Source: Dehalococcoidia bacterium (GTDB taxonomy: Bacteria; Chloroflexota; Dehalococcoidia; Lucifugimonadales; UBA3495). Taken from it: a DNA stretch of 64,000 bases. Shown one piece after another: positions 19,344 through 27,944 of the stretch. A program made the position numbers and the translations under genes. Each line of letters begins with the position of its first letter. Position 1 is the first letter of the stretch. Below the pieces are notes generated by a model that was given only the letters and a program-made list of their open reading frames with translations, made no database searches and was not told where the DNA came from. The stretch is taken from contig OZ241328.1 in the NCBI GenBank assembly GCA_965199995.1, forward strand, positions 716,627-780,626, given 5' to 3'.

Positions 19344-21221
19344 TCAGCCGCCGGGGAAAATTTGGAAAATATCCCGGAAAGGACTGGCTGGCTGATTATC
19401 GACTCCGCTAGCGGCCTCGGCCAGGGCCGCCGGAGTGCTGACCGGCGGCAGGCACAGGGTGTCCAGGCATACATGGGCTAGGGCGGGGCTGTTGGCTGGA
19501 ACCGTCTTGATTTCCAGGTTTGGGGCATTCAGACGGGCCGCCGCCGCCAGCAATTCGCGGCACGCGGGGTCTTCGGGATTCCCTTCGACAGTCACTTCCA
19601 CCGTAGGGTTGCAGAACAGGTCAACGGTCAAGCCGAAACTGGCGGCAAACTCTCCCTGCTCCCGAAATACGCTGGCGAAGGCGCTCAAGGCAGCTTCACA
19701 CAGGTGCCGGTAGTCCGAGTTGCGAGTGGATTGATAAAGGCGCAGCAGCCCTCTCACCGCCAGCATATTTTCCGGCATCTGCTTCTCGCGCACTTGCAGG
19801 TGGCCCACGGCGCTTTCGTCCACCTCGATGTCGAAAAATCCGCCGGAGTTCTCGTCAAAGAATCGGTCTACCATTACGGCAGCGACTTCCACCGCCCGGT
19901 CAAGGAAATGCGGCTCGGCGGTAGAGGCGTGGGCTTGCATCAGCCCGGCGAGCAACCCGGCCCAGTCGGTCAGCAGGGCGGGAACCCGGCCTGTATCGGC
20001 TTCTGGGTAAACCCGGGAAAACGAACCGGCAGCGGCCTCGCTTTGGAGGCGGGCCATTACGGCGCGCCCTACTTGCCCGAGATGCGCGCCAAGCCCCCCG
20101 CCCAGCTTCCAGGAGGCATCCAGCATGGCCGCGGCGGATATGGCGTCGAGGCCGCCATAGCAGGACGGATCCCGGGGTGGGAGGGTGGCCTTGCGCCGCT
20201 CTTCTAGAGGAAGGGTGAAATAGTCCGAGTGGGCCCCTTGACTGCCGTGAAATCCCGGCAGGTCCGGGTCATACAGATGGTCAATGACGTAAGCGAAGGT
20301 TCCTCCCGCAACGCCACGGTATAGAATGCCGTCTGGGGCGCCGTTGCTATGAAGGATGATGGATGCGTCGAGATAGAGGCTGGCCAGCTCGATATTGTCC
20401 TCCAGCATTTTCTCCCGCTGAGGATCAGACCAGTCGGCGGCTGTGCTGTACCGGAAAAATCCGCCGCTTACGCTGTCGTAGACAGCATTCGGCCCAAGGG
20501 GCGGCCCAAAGGCGGGATTGTCGTCCTGAGCCATATCGCCGGCCTCCGAGACATGGGCAAGGCCGGCCATCCCATTCAGCGTCTTGCGGAGAACGGAAGC
20601 GTAAAATTCTTCGCCGGTGGTGCGATAAAGGTGCAGGATGAATCGCAGAATCGAAGGGTTTGTAAACTTGGGTTCGTTGCCGAAACCGCCGTTGCGAGCG
20701 TCGTAGGAGCCTATCACGATGCGGGAGACCCGGTCGACGAGCGATTCCTCGACGTCGGGGCCGGCGGCGGTGCGGCGGGCTTGTATGCGCCGTTGTTGCA
20801 ACAGGTCTCGGGACTGCTCGTAGAGCCGGGGTTTCTCGGCCCGGTATGCGCCCTCCAGCTCCATCAGCATCGCCAGAAACTGGTCGGGCGGCAGATAGGT
20901 TGCGCCGCCGATGAGACCGCCGTGGGGGGTAAGAAAGCCGGTGGTGGGCCAACCGCCCACATTGTAGCGGTAGTTGATGTCGGGTCGGTGGTCGTTGTCG
21001 ACCCGCACTGCGATGAAGCTGCGCGCCAAAAGAGACTGAACGTCCGGGTCGGAATAAGTGGTTTCGTCCATCACATGGCACCAGTAGCACCACGGTGCGG
21101 CGATGGACAGCAACACCGGCTTATCTTCGGCCTGGGCCCGCTCGAAAGTGGAACGCGCCCAGGGCAGCCATTCTATACTGTGCGCTTGGTGGAGGTTGGG
21201 CGAGAAACGAATGCTGGTCAC
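19344..21221 (-). CDS. Thioredoxin-domain protein, DUF255/YyaL (SSP411-like) family
   Basis: 625 aa; N-terminal KPVLLSIAAPWCYWCHVMDETTYSDPDV (CxxC), followed by a long alpha/alpha-toroid-like region. Confidence 0.8.
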   Translation of the reverse strand: MTSIRFSPNLHQAHSIEWLPWARSTFERAQAEDKPVLLSIAAPWCYWCHVMDETTYSDPDVQSLLARSFIAVRVDNDHRPDINYRYNVGGWPTTGFLTPHGGLIGGATYLPPDQFLAMLMELEGAYRAEKPRLYEQSRDLLQQRRIQARRTAAGPDVEESLVDRVSRIVIGSYDARNGGFGNEPKFTNPSILRFILHLYRTTGEEFYASVLRKTLNGMAGLAHVSEAGDMAQDDNPAFGPPLGPNAVYDSVSGGFFRYSTAADWSDPQREKMLEDNIELASLYLDASIILHSNGAPDGILYRGVAGGTFAYVIDHLYDPDLPGFHGSQGAHSDYFTLPLEERRKATLPPRDPSCYGGLDAISAAAMLDASWKLGGGLGAHLGQVGRAVMARLQSEAAAGSFSRVYPEADTGRVPALLTDWAGLLAGLMQAHASTAEPHFLDRAVEVAAVMVDRFFDENSGGFFDIEVDESAVGHLQVREKQMPENMLAVRGLLRLYQSTRNSDYRHLCEAALSAFASVFREQGEFAASFGLTVDLFCNPTVEVTVEGNPEDPACRELLAAAARLNAPNLEIKTVPANSPALAHVCLDTLCLPPVSTPAALAEAASGVDNQPASPFRDIFQIFPGG

Positions 21222-21380
21222 ACCGTCTGTCCTGAGCCCGCTTCAGGGCCTTCTGAGGGTCTATTTGCCGCAACGAAAGGCGCAGTTTCAGCCTTTGAAG
21301 TTAGCATAGAGGCCGCCGATTTTCAATTCGGGGAACGCCTTTCGGCCCTAATCGCGGCTGGCCGGGACACGAGCGATTCC

Positions 21381-24300
21381 CTACGCCGTAATCAGGGTTT
21401 CTTGATTTAGCCGGAAGTTTGCGTGAGATATGGGAACCGACAGCAGAGACTTGGCCTGCGCCAGGGTGTTGTCGGAAGCGCGTTCCTGGGACGAACTCAG
21501 CAATGGCGTGAATTCGCTGCCCTCCATGTTGGCGATGGGAACGCCGTTCCGGTAGACCAAGCGATTTCCCGGCACCGCGGGCACGCGAGGCCCAGGGGTT
21601 AGGATTCCGGCCAGGTTCAGCGGATCGCAGGCCGACACGATGACCAAGCGGCCGTCCGGCTCCCGGTTGCGCCAACGGCGAAGGGCATCTACCGCTTCGG
21701 ACAGGGCGAACTGTTCGCCGACAAACCCAGAGACGAATCGGCCCCCTCGTATCTCCCCCCGCGCTTCGAGGCGGCGCATAACCCGCGCTAGGTCCCGCCA
21801 GCGCAGGGACAGCGAATCCCTGGCCAGCAGTTCGGGAAACAATATCCCGTAGCGATATAGCAGTTGCCACGCCACCGCCTCGGTGCGGTCTTCCACCGGG
21901 TCAGGGGCCTCAAGCAGCCACCATCGGCTGCCGGCAGACCGCCCAGCTCCGGGCGCATAGCTGAATCTGCCTCCCCGGCTATCCCGGTCTCGTCCGAAGC
22001 TGAATCTTCCGCTCCTTAACTTGTCGCTCCTGGCCTTGCCGGAAGGAGACGGACGGCGAGGGCGCTTGGTTCCCCTGAGCCTCTGGCGCACAGTTTCCAG
22101 CCCATCGGCTGTTGCCAGCCCGGTTGCCGCCAGAGTCCACAGAGCTTCCTCCACGTCCGAAGGCAGGCGCTTGGTGGCGTTGGCGATGTCAGACGGGAAG
22201 GATGCTCCCCGCTCTTGCATATACTCCAGGGCTTCCTGGGCTGCTCCGGCAAGCCCCCCGGCTGTGGCGACATCATCGTCGGGCAGCAGCCAATCCAGGG
22301 ACTGTCGCAGGGCCAGAGTCACCGGCGTGAACCTGGAGAATGCAGGACGTCCGCCGGAGGGCGTGGCGCTGCTGGCCGAACCGTGCCGGGCAGAGAACCG
22401 CCCCCACACCACCTCGCCGCTAAGGCTCAGCCGGTCCAGCATAATGCCGCTGTACTCGGCCATGCGAGGGGCTAGGATTTCCTCTTCCAAGACGCTGGCG
22501 GCTGTCTCAAAACCTTGCAGTTTTTCGATGACGGAGAGAAGGCCGCCCTCGCCGTGCAGCCGGGCCTCTGGCGCTATGTGCTGCCATTCCAGCAGGAAGC
22601 GAATAAAGGCCGCCGGGGATACCGGCTCCACCATGCTGCGCAAGGAGTCTATGGTGGAGCGGTGAATGCGAGCCAGGATGCGCCGGTCGCAGAACTCTTC
22701 GCCCTCCGCCCCCGGCCGGTAGCGTCCCCGCAGTACCACGCCTTCGTTTTCCATCTGGCCTAGGGCGTAAAGAACGTCGTCCTCCGGAAGGGCCAGAATT
22801 GCCGCCAACTCCGGTACGGTGAAAGGCCCAAGGCAGTCAACCCAGCCGCGAATCAGAGCGAGAATCGCGTCTTCCCGGCTGCCCCCGTAGCCGCCGCTGA
22901 CGAACAGGGGCAACGGCGCTTTAGGTTCCGGATTTGCCGCTACGCCATCGTAGGCTTGGCGCACCAGGCTCAGCCGTTCCGCCGCGACCCAGGCGGACAG
23001 TTCCTTGCCGTCAGCAACCCGGTAGGCGCGCCCGGCTGCGGCCAACTGCTCCAGCCACGGCGCAACCGGCAGGCTCTGCATCATCGGGCGGCGCAGCCCG
23101 GCCGCGCCTTCGGGCAGCACGCCCAAAGTCAGCAAAGCATCGTGCAGTTCGTCAATATCGCGGATGCGCGGCCAGGCGTTTTCCGATTCCCTGATGATGG
23201 CCTCGGGGTCGAGGCGCGCCAGGTCTCTGGAATCCTCCGGCAGGGCCCGGCGCAACGGAACCGCTCGCGCCCGGCGCTCTTCCAGCGGGGCGTCGTCCAG
23301 AAAGGCGTAGGGCATGGCGTTAAGAATCTGGTGAGAAAAGACCGAAGGCTGCACCGTGTCCCGCCCGCGGACTTCTATCTCGCCCGATTCGATTCCCGCC
23401 AGCACGGCCCGGCAACCCTCCAGATCCGACGCTTCAGTAAAGCAGTCTCGCATGGTTTCGAACACCAGCGGATGGTCAGGGACTTCGATGTCGCCGGGGG
23501 GGGCGTTGTCCTGGCAGGCTACCTGCGCCGGGAATACCGCCGCCAGCAAGTCGTCGGAGCGCATTCGCTGCAAGGGCGGCGGCACTTTTTTTCCGCCCGT
23601 ATGCCGCAGTATGGCCAAGGCTCGGGTGGCGTTCCACCGCCAGCGGGTGCCGAATATGGGCGCTTGCAGCACGGCCTGAGTCAGCACTTCTTCGATGGTG
23701 TTGGGCTTAAGATAACTGAATATGTCCTCGACGGGCATCGAAAGGCCGGGGCCGAGAGAAAAATTCAGTCCGTCGTCCGTTGCCACTGCCTGCAACTCAA
23801 AATCGAAGGAGCGGCAAATTTTCTTGCGCAGCGCCATGCCCCATGCCCGGTTGATTTGCGCGCCGAAGGGAGCGTGAATCACCAGTTGCATCCCGCCGCT
23901 TTCGTCGAAAAAGCGCTCGGCTACGATGCAGTTCTTCGACGGCGTTACGCCAAGCACCCGCTTGCCCTCCTCGATATAGGCCACCAGCTGGCGGCTGGCC
24001 TCGGCGTTGACGCCCGCCTCGGTGACCACCCACTCGCGGGCCGCGCCGGTATCAGGCAGCAGCCGGTCAACCCCCTCGCGCAGCTCCGTCACTTCGTCCG
24101 ACAGCTCGGTAGTGCGGCCCGGCGCCTCCCCCAGCCAGAAGGGGATTGTCGGCGGCTGGCCGTGGGCGTCCTCCACCCGCACGCGCCCGCTTTCGACGCG
24201 GCGTATTTTCCAGGCCGTGTTGCCTAGCAGGAACACGTCGCCCTTCAGGCTTTCGATGGCGAAGTCCTCATTGACCGTGCCTACGAAAGTATCTTCCGGC

Positions 24301-25829
24301 TCTGCGATGACGTCGTAATCGGCGTTCTCCGGGATGGCCCCGCCGCTGGTCATCGCGGCCAGAGGAGCGCCGCGCCGTGCCTTCACTATGCCGTTCACGC
24401 CGTCGCGGTGCAGATATGCCCCGCTGCGTCCTAGCCGGGGGGCATATCCTTCCGAGAGGGTTTCGATGGTCTGGTCGAATTTGGAGCGCGGCAAATCCCG
24501 GTAGGGATAAGCCCGGCGAGCCAGAGCATACAGGCCGTCCTCCGCCCACTCCTCCTGGGCGCAGGCGGCGACTATCTGTTGGGCCAGCACGTCTACCGGC
24601 CAGGGCGGTATGGACAGAGTGTCCAGGTTGCTGCGGAGGACGGCGCGGCACAAGGCAATACTCTCGGCCAGCTCGTCGCGGGTCAGAGGGAACAGGCGGC
24701 CCTTGGGCTTTCCGCTTACCGAGTGGCCCGAGCGGCCTACCCGTTGCAGAAGCACGCTGATAGAGCGGGGAGAACCTATCTGGCAGGCCAAGTCAACGTC
24801 GCCGATGTCTATTCCCAGCTCCAGGGATGCGGTAGCTACGCATACTTTCACTTGGCCGTTTTTCAGCTTTTCCTCGGCATCCAACCGGATGGCACGAGAC
24901 AGGCTGCCGTGGTGGGCTACGACGGCTTCCTCGCCCAGCCGCACGCTGAGCTGATGCGAGACCCGCTCCACCAGACGGCGAGTATTGACGAACACCAGCG
25001 TCGTATCGTGGGCCTCCACCAGCCCGGCGATGGCGTCCAGCGTTTCCTTCCAGAGCTCATGGGAGGCGATAGGCCCTAGTTCCTGTTCCGGTAGTTGCAG
25101 GGCCAGGTCAATTTCGCGGGCGTGGCCGGTGTCCACGATGGCGCAATCGGGGGCGCCGCTGGCGGATATATGGTCGTTGCCCACCAGCAGCCGGGCTATC
25201 TCTTCGATCGGCCGCTGGGTGGCTGACAGGCCGATGCGCACCACCGGCTGCTCCGAGAGGGCGCAGAGCCGCTCCACCGACAGCGACAGGTGCGAGCCGC
25301 GTTTGTCGTCGGCCACAGCGTGAATCTCGTCGAGGATGAGCGTATTGACGCCTTTCAGCCCGCGGCGACCGCTCCCGGAGGTGAGCAGGATGTACAGCGA
25401 TTCCGGAGTGGTGATGAGAATGTGAGGCGGTTTCTTCGCCATCTTCTGCCGTTCCGCTGGGCTGGTATCTCCGGTGCGGACGCCGACTCGAATTTCCGGT
25501 AACGAGAAACCTTTTTCCGAGGCAAGGTTGGCTATCTCTTCCAGCGGGGCAGCCAGGTTCTTCCGGATGTCGTTGGACAGCGCTTTCAACGGGGATACAT
25601 AGACTACCTGCGTAGTGTCGGGCAGCTCTCCCTCCAGCCCTTGACGCACAAGCCGGTCTATGCAGGTCAGGAACGCCGCTAGGGTCTTGCCCGACCCGGT
25701 GGGCGCGGCGATGAGAGTATGCCGGCCCCCGGCCACCGCCGCCCAGCCCTGCGATTGCGCCTCGGTGGGTCGGCGGAACCGTTCTTCGAACCATTGGCGG
25801 ATTATGGGGTGAAAGGGAGATGTGGACAC
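21381..25829 (-). CDS. lhr: Lhr-family large ATP-dependent DEAD/DEAH helicase
   Basis: 1482 aa, GTG start; Walker A APTGSGKT, LILDEIHAV, SATQ, DEAH-associated and C-terminal Lhr-type extension. Confidence 0.85.
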   Translation of the reverse strand: MSTSPFHPIIRQWFEERFRRPTEAQSQGWAAVAGGRHTLIAAPTGSGKTLAAFLTCIDRLVRQGLEGELPDTTQVVYVSPLKALSNDIRKNLAAPLEEIANLASEKGFSLPEIRVGVRTGDTSPAERQKMAKKPPHILITTPESLYILLTSGSGRRGLKGVNTLILDEIHAVADDKRGSHLSLSVERLCALSEQPVVRIGLSATQRPIEEIARLLVGNDHISASGAPDCAIVDTGHAREIDLALQLPEQELGPIASHELWKETLDAIAGLVEAHDTTLVFVNTRRLVERVSHQLSVRLGEEAVVAHHGSLSRAIRLDAEEKLKNGQVKVCVATASLELGIDIGDVDLACQIGSPRSISVLLQRVGRSGHSVSGKPKGRLFPLTRDELAESIALCRAVLRSNLDTLSIPPWPVDVLAQQIVAACAQEEWAEDGLYALARRAYPYRDLPRSKFDQTIETLSEGYAPRLGRSGAYLHRDGVNGIVKARRGAPLAAMTSGGAIPENADYDVIAEPEDTFVGTVNEDFAIESLKGDVFLLGNTAWKIRRVESGRVRVEDAHGQPPTIPFWLGEAPGRTTELSDEVTELREGVDRLLPDTGAAREWVVTEAGVNAEASRQLVAYIEEGKRVLGVTPSKNCIVAERFFDESGGMQLVIHAPFGAQINRAWGMALRKKICRSFDFELQAVATDDGLNFSLGPGLSMPVEDIFSYLKPNTIEEVLTQAVLQAPIFGTRWRWNATRALAILRHTGGKKVPPPLQRMRSDDLLAAVFPAQVACQDNAPPGDIEVPDHPLVFETMRDCFTEASDLEGCRAVLAGIESGEIEVRGRDTVQPSVFSHQILNAMPYAFLDDAPLEERRARAVPLRRALPEDSRDLARLDPEAIIRESENAWPRIRDIDELHDALLTLGVLPEGAAGLRRPMMQSLPVAPWLEQLAAAGRAYRVADGKELSAWVAAERLSLVRQAYDGVAANPEPKAPLPLFVSGGYGGSREDAILALIRGWVDCLGPFTVPELAAILALPEDDVLYALGQMENEGVVLRGRYRPGAEGEEFCDRRILARIHRSTIDSLRSMVEPVSPAAFIRFLLEWQHIAPEARLHGEGGLLSVIEKLQGFETAASVLEEEILAPRMAEYSGIMLDRLSLSGEVVWGRFSARHGSASSATPSGGRPAFSRFTPVTLALRQSLDWLLPDDDVATAGGLAGAAQEALEYMQERGASFPSDIANATKRLPSDVEEALWTLAATGLATADGLETVRQRLRGTKRPRRPSPSGKARSDKLRSGRFSFGRDRDSRGGRFSYAPGAGRSAGSRWWLLEAPDPVEDRTEAVAWQLLYRYGILFPELLARDSLSLRWRDLARVMRRLEARGEIRGGRFVSGFVGEQFALSEAVDALRRWRNREPDGRLVIVSACDPLNLAGILTPGPRVPAVPGNRLVYRNGVPIANMEGSEFTPLLSSSQERASDNTLAQAKSLLSVPISHANFRLNQETLITA

Positions 25830-25842
25830 TGGCGCTTACCAT

Positions 25843-25907
25843 CCCTGGAGTAAACGGTCCCTGGAGTAAACGGGGCCTGAATAAGCGGCCCCCGGAGTAA
25901 ACGGAGA
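25843..25907. repeat. Four imperfect 15-17-bp tandem units (CCCTGGAGTAAACGG-like) just upstream of the lhr start
   Basis: CCCTGGAGTAAACGGT / CCCTGGAGTAAACGGGG / CCTGAATAAGCGGCC / CCCGGAGTAAACGGAGA. Confidence 0.7.
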
Positions 25908-26147
25908 TACAGGAAAAATCTGCCCGTATTGTCCCTGCCGGGGACTGCTGACGCAAGGCGCAAGTGCCGTCCATTTTGGTGAGACGCCGATTGCAGGACT
26001 CAATTCATTCATGGGATCGAATATGCCGCCTGAAAATTCCATGCCATAGGCTACTTATGAAGATGTAATCCGGGCGCGTATGAGAAAATTGGCATGGGAT
26101 ATTAAGGCTGGACAGCGGATCGAGAGCATCTCGATTCAAAAATAGCA

Positions 26148-26869
26148 AAGGCTGTGAATGAGCTAACGGATTTGGAGAGGGCCTATCCTCCCTGGAGGGA
26201 CAGAATCCCAGATACTCCGCCACCCAGAAGGTTGAACAGCCCCCAAACGGCTGATGTGGTATGCCAAATGTGGTATGCCAAATATTGATTGAAGGATGAT
26301 GGTGGGGCTCTGCACTATAGGGAAATATGCGGCGAGTTATTGGAGCGAGGGGTGGATCCTCCAAATTCGGATGATCCTGCATCAGCCTTTCTCTTCCGCT
26401 ATTACAACGATCCTCGTCTTTTGTGCGTTGGGAAAGGCACTTATTGTCTACGGTAGCCATCAGATCAGAAGAAGCTACTTCTCAGAAGGAGCTACTTCAG
26501 GACGGAGATGATTTCAGCAGTCATTCAACGTCCAGAGCGTTCCGATTGATGGGCCAGAAATACGAGGCTGGGACCTGGATTGGGGTGCTGCGCCATCTCT
26601 GCGAAGAGTTGTATAAGCTTGACCAAATTTCTTTCCGGGCATCGCTGCTGAGTTTAAGAACGCCCACGGGGAGGCCTTACTTTTCGCAGGGACAAGGTGA
26701 ATATCCATGGGAATTGGAAATGCCCAATAGCGGCATTTTCGTGGTTGGAAAGCTATTAAGCAGTGGAGTACGCAGGCGGTGCGAAAAAATTTTGCGGGCA
26801 ATGGGAATTGACCCTGAATTGGATTTCAGTGTTGAAATTGAGCAGGGAACCCCGCATACCTCAGTCTAG
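26148..26869 (+). pseudogene. Decayed gene with a HARE-HTH-like winged-helix segment and an uncharacterised C-terminal domain
   Basis: Frame 0, 26289-26456: LKDDGGALHYREICGELLERGVDPPNSDDPASAFLFRYYNDPRLLCVGKGTYCLR* (HARE-HTH-like LHY.EI ... VGKGTY.L). It continues in another frame as ORF 26423-26869. A 14-bp tandem duplication at 26254-26281 lies just upstream. Confidence 0.35.
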
Positions 26870-26964
26870 TTTCGGATGCCTCATTTGACGGCATCGCCGT
26901 TGCGCCGTAGCATTGGGGCAGCGGGCATGGGCTCCCGCTAATCTCCCCGATATGCGAGGCGCCA

Positions 26965-27795
26965 ATGACGCAGTTATCCAGCAGGCATTTATTGGAAGCT
27001 AGGCCCAATCCTTTTGGCGGTATGGTGATTGCGCCGGGCGAGCTCCCGGCGGACGCCGCCGAGTTCTCCCAGCGGCTTGAAGCGTCCCTGGAGCAATGGA
27101 CTGCCGAAGGCATCAAGGCAGCGTGGCTGGAAGTGCCCATCGGCAAGTCGGCTCTCATCCCTGAGGCTGTGAATCAGGGGTTTACCTTCCATCACAGCGG
27201 CGACGATTATCTGATGCTCACCTCCCTGCTCCAAGAAGGGGCGTGGGTTCCCAATTTCGCCACCCACTACATTGGCATCGGTGGCGTGGTGCTGACCGAT
27301 GAGCGCGAGCTGCTGGTGGTGCGGGAAATTTACGGCGTCGCCGGTCGTCCGCCCACGCTGAAGCTGCCCGGCGGCGCGCTACATCCCAACGAACACCTGG
27401 CCGAGGCGGTGGAGCGCGAGGTGCTGGAGGAAACCGGCGTTCGCGCTGAGTTCCAGTCCATCGCCTGCTTCCGGCACTGGCATGGCTATCGCTATGGCAA
27501 GTCCGATATATATTTCGTGGGCCGCCTGCGTCCCCTGAGCCGGGAAATCACGATGCAGGCCGACGAGATTCAGGAATGTCTCTGGCTGCCTGTGGACGAG
27601 TTCCTGACGCGAGAGGACATCAGCAACTTCAACAAGCAGATTGTCCGCGCCGCGTTGGAGTCCGAGGGCGTTGTACAGTCGTTCATCCCCGGTTTCGGCG
27701 GCCCCGACACCCGCGAGTACTTTATGCCTGGGCATCTGGTTGACGGCGAGGGCGTTTGGGCCTTCCCCTGCCGGGACGCCGAGGTAGACGTATAA
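26965..27795 (+). CDS. NUDIX hydrolase with N-terminal pre-Nudix domain
   Basis: 276 aa; Nudix box GGALHPNEHLAEAVEREVLEETGV. Confidence 0.8.
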   Translation: MTQLSSRHLLEARPNPFGGMVIAPGELPADAAEFSQRLEASLEQWTAEGIKAAWLEVPIGKSALIPEAVNQGFTFHHSGDDYLMLTSLLQEGAWVPNFATHYIGIGGVVLTDERELLVVREIYGVAGRPPTLKLPGGALHPNEHLAEAVEREVLEETGVRAEFQSIACFRHWHGYRYGKSDIYFVGRLRPLSREITMQADEIQECLWLPVDEFLTREDISNFNKQIVRAALESEGVVQSFIPGFGGPDTREYFMPGHLVDGEGVWAFPCRDAEVDV

Positions 27796-27832
27796 TGCCG
27801 AGGGTATAAAAATCCCCTCCGTTATCAGCTAT

Positions 27833-27868
27833 CATGGTTTCCCGCCCTTCCATGGTTTCCCGCCTTTC
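27833..27868. repeat. 18-bp tandem duplication (CATGGTTTCCCGCCYTTC x2) in the ggt leader
   Basis: Read directly. It accounts for the MVSRPSMVSRLS start of the long track ORF. Confidence 0.85.
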
Positions 27869-27944
27869 CAATGATAAGGAACAGTATAGGGACGCTTCAG
27901 CAGAAATCCGCCTATATGAATCACAAATAGTTGCAGGAGCCGAA

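Noticed and set aside
20349-21410. 353-aa plus-strand ORF
   Set aside because: It is antisense to the DUF255/thioredoxin-domain gene and reaches into the lhr 3' end. It has no motif support.
22956-24227. 423-aa plus-strand ORF (and several 80-290-aa ORFs between 21640 and 25974)
   Set aside because: All lie inside or antisense to the 1482-aa lhr frame, which carries helicase motifs throughout.
27834-27944. N-terminal extension MVSRPSMVSRLS... of the ggt ORF
   Set aside because: It is generated by the 18-bp tandem duplication. ATG 27945 has a proper AGGAG SD and matches the usual start of GGT-family proteins.
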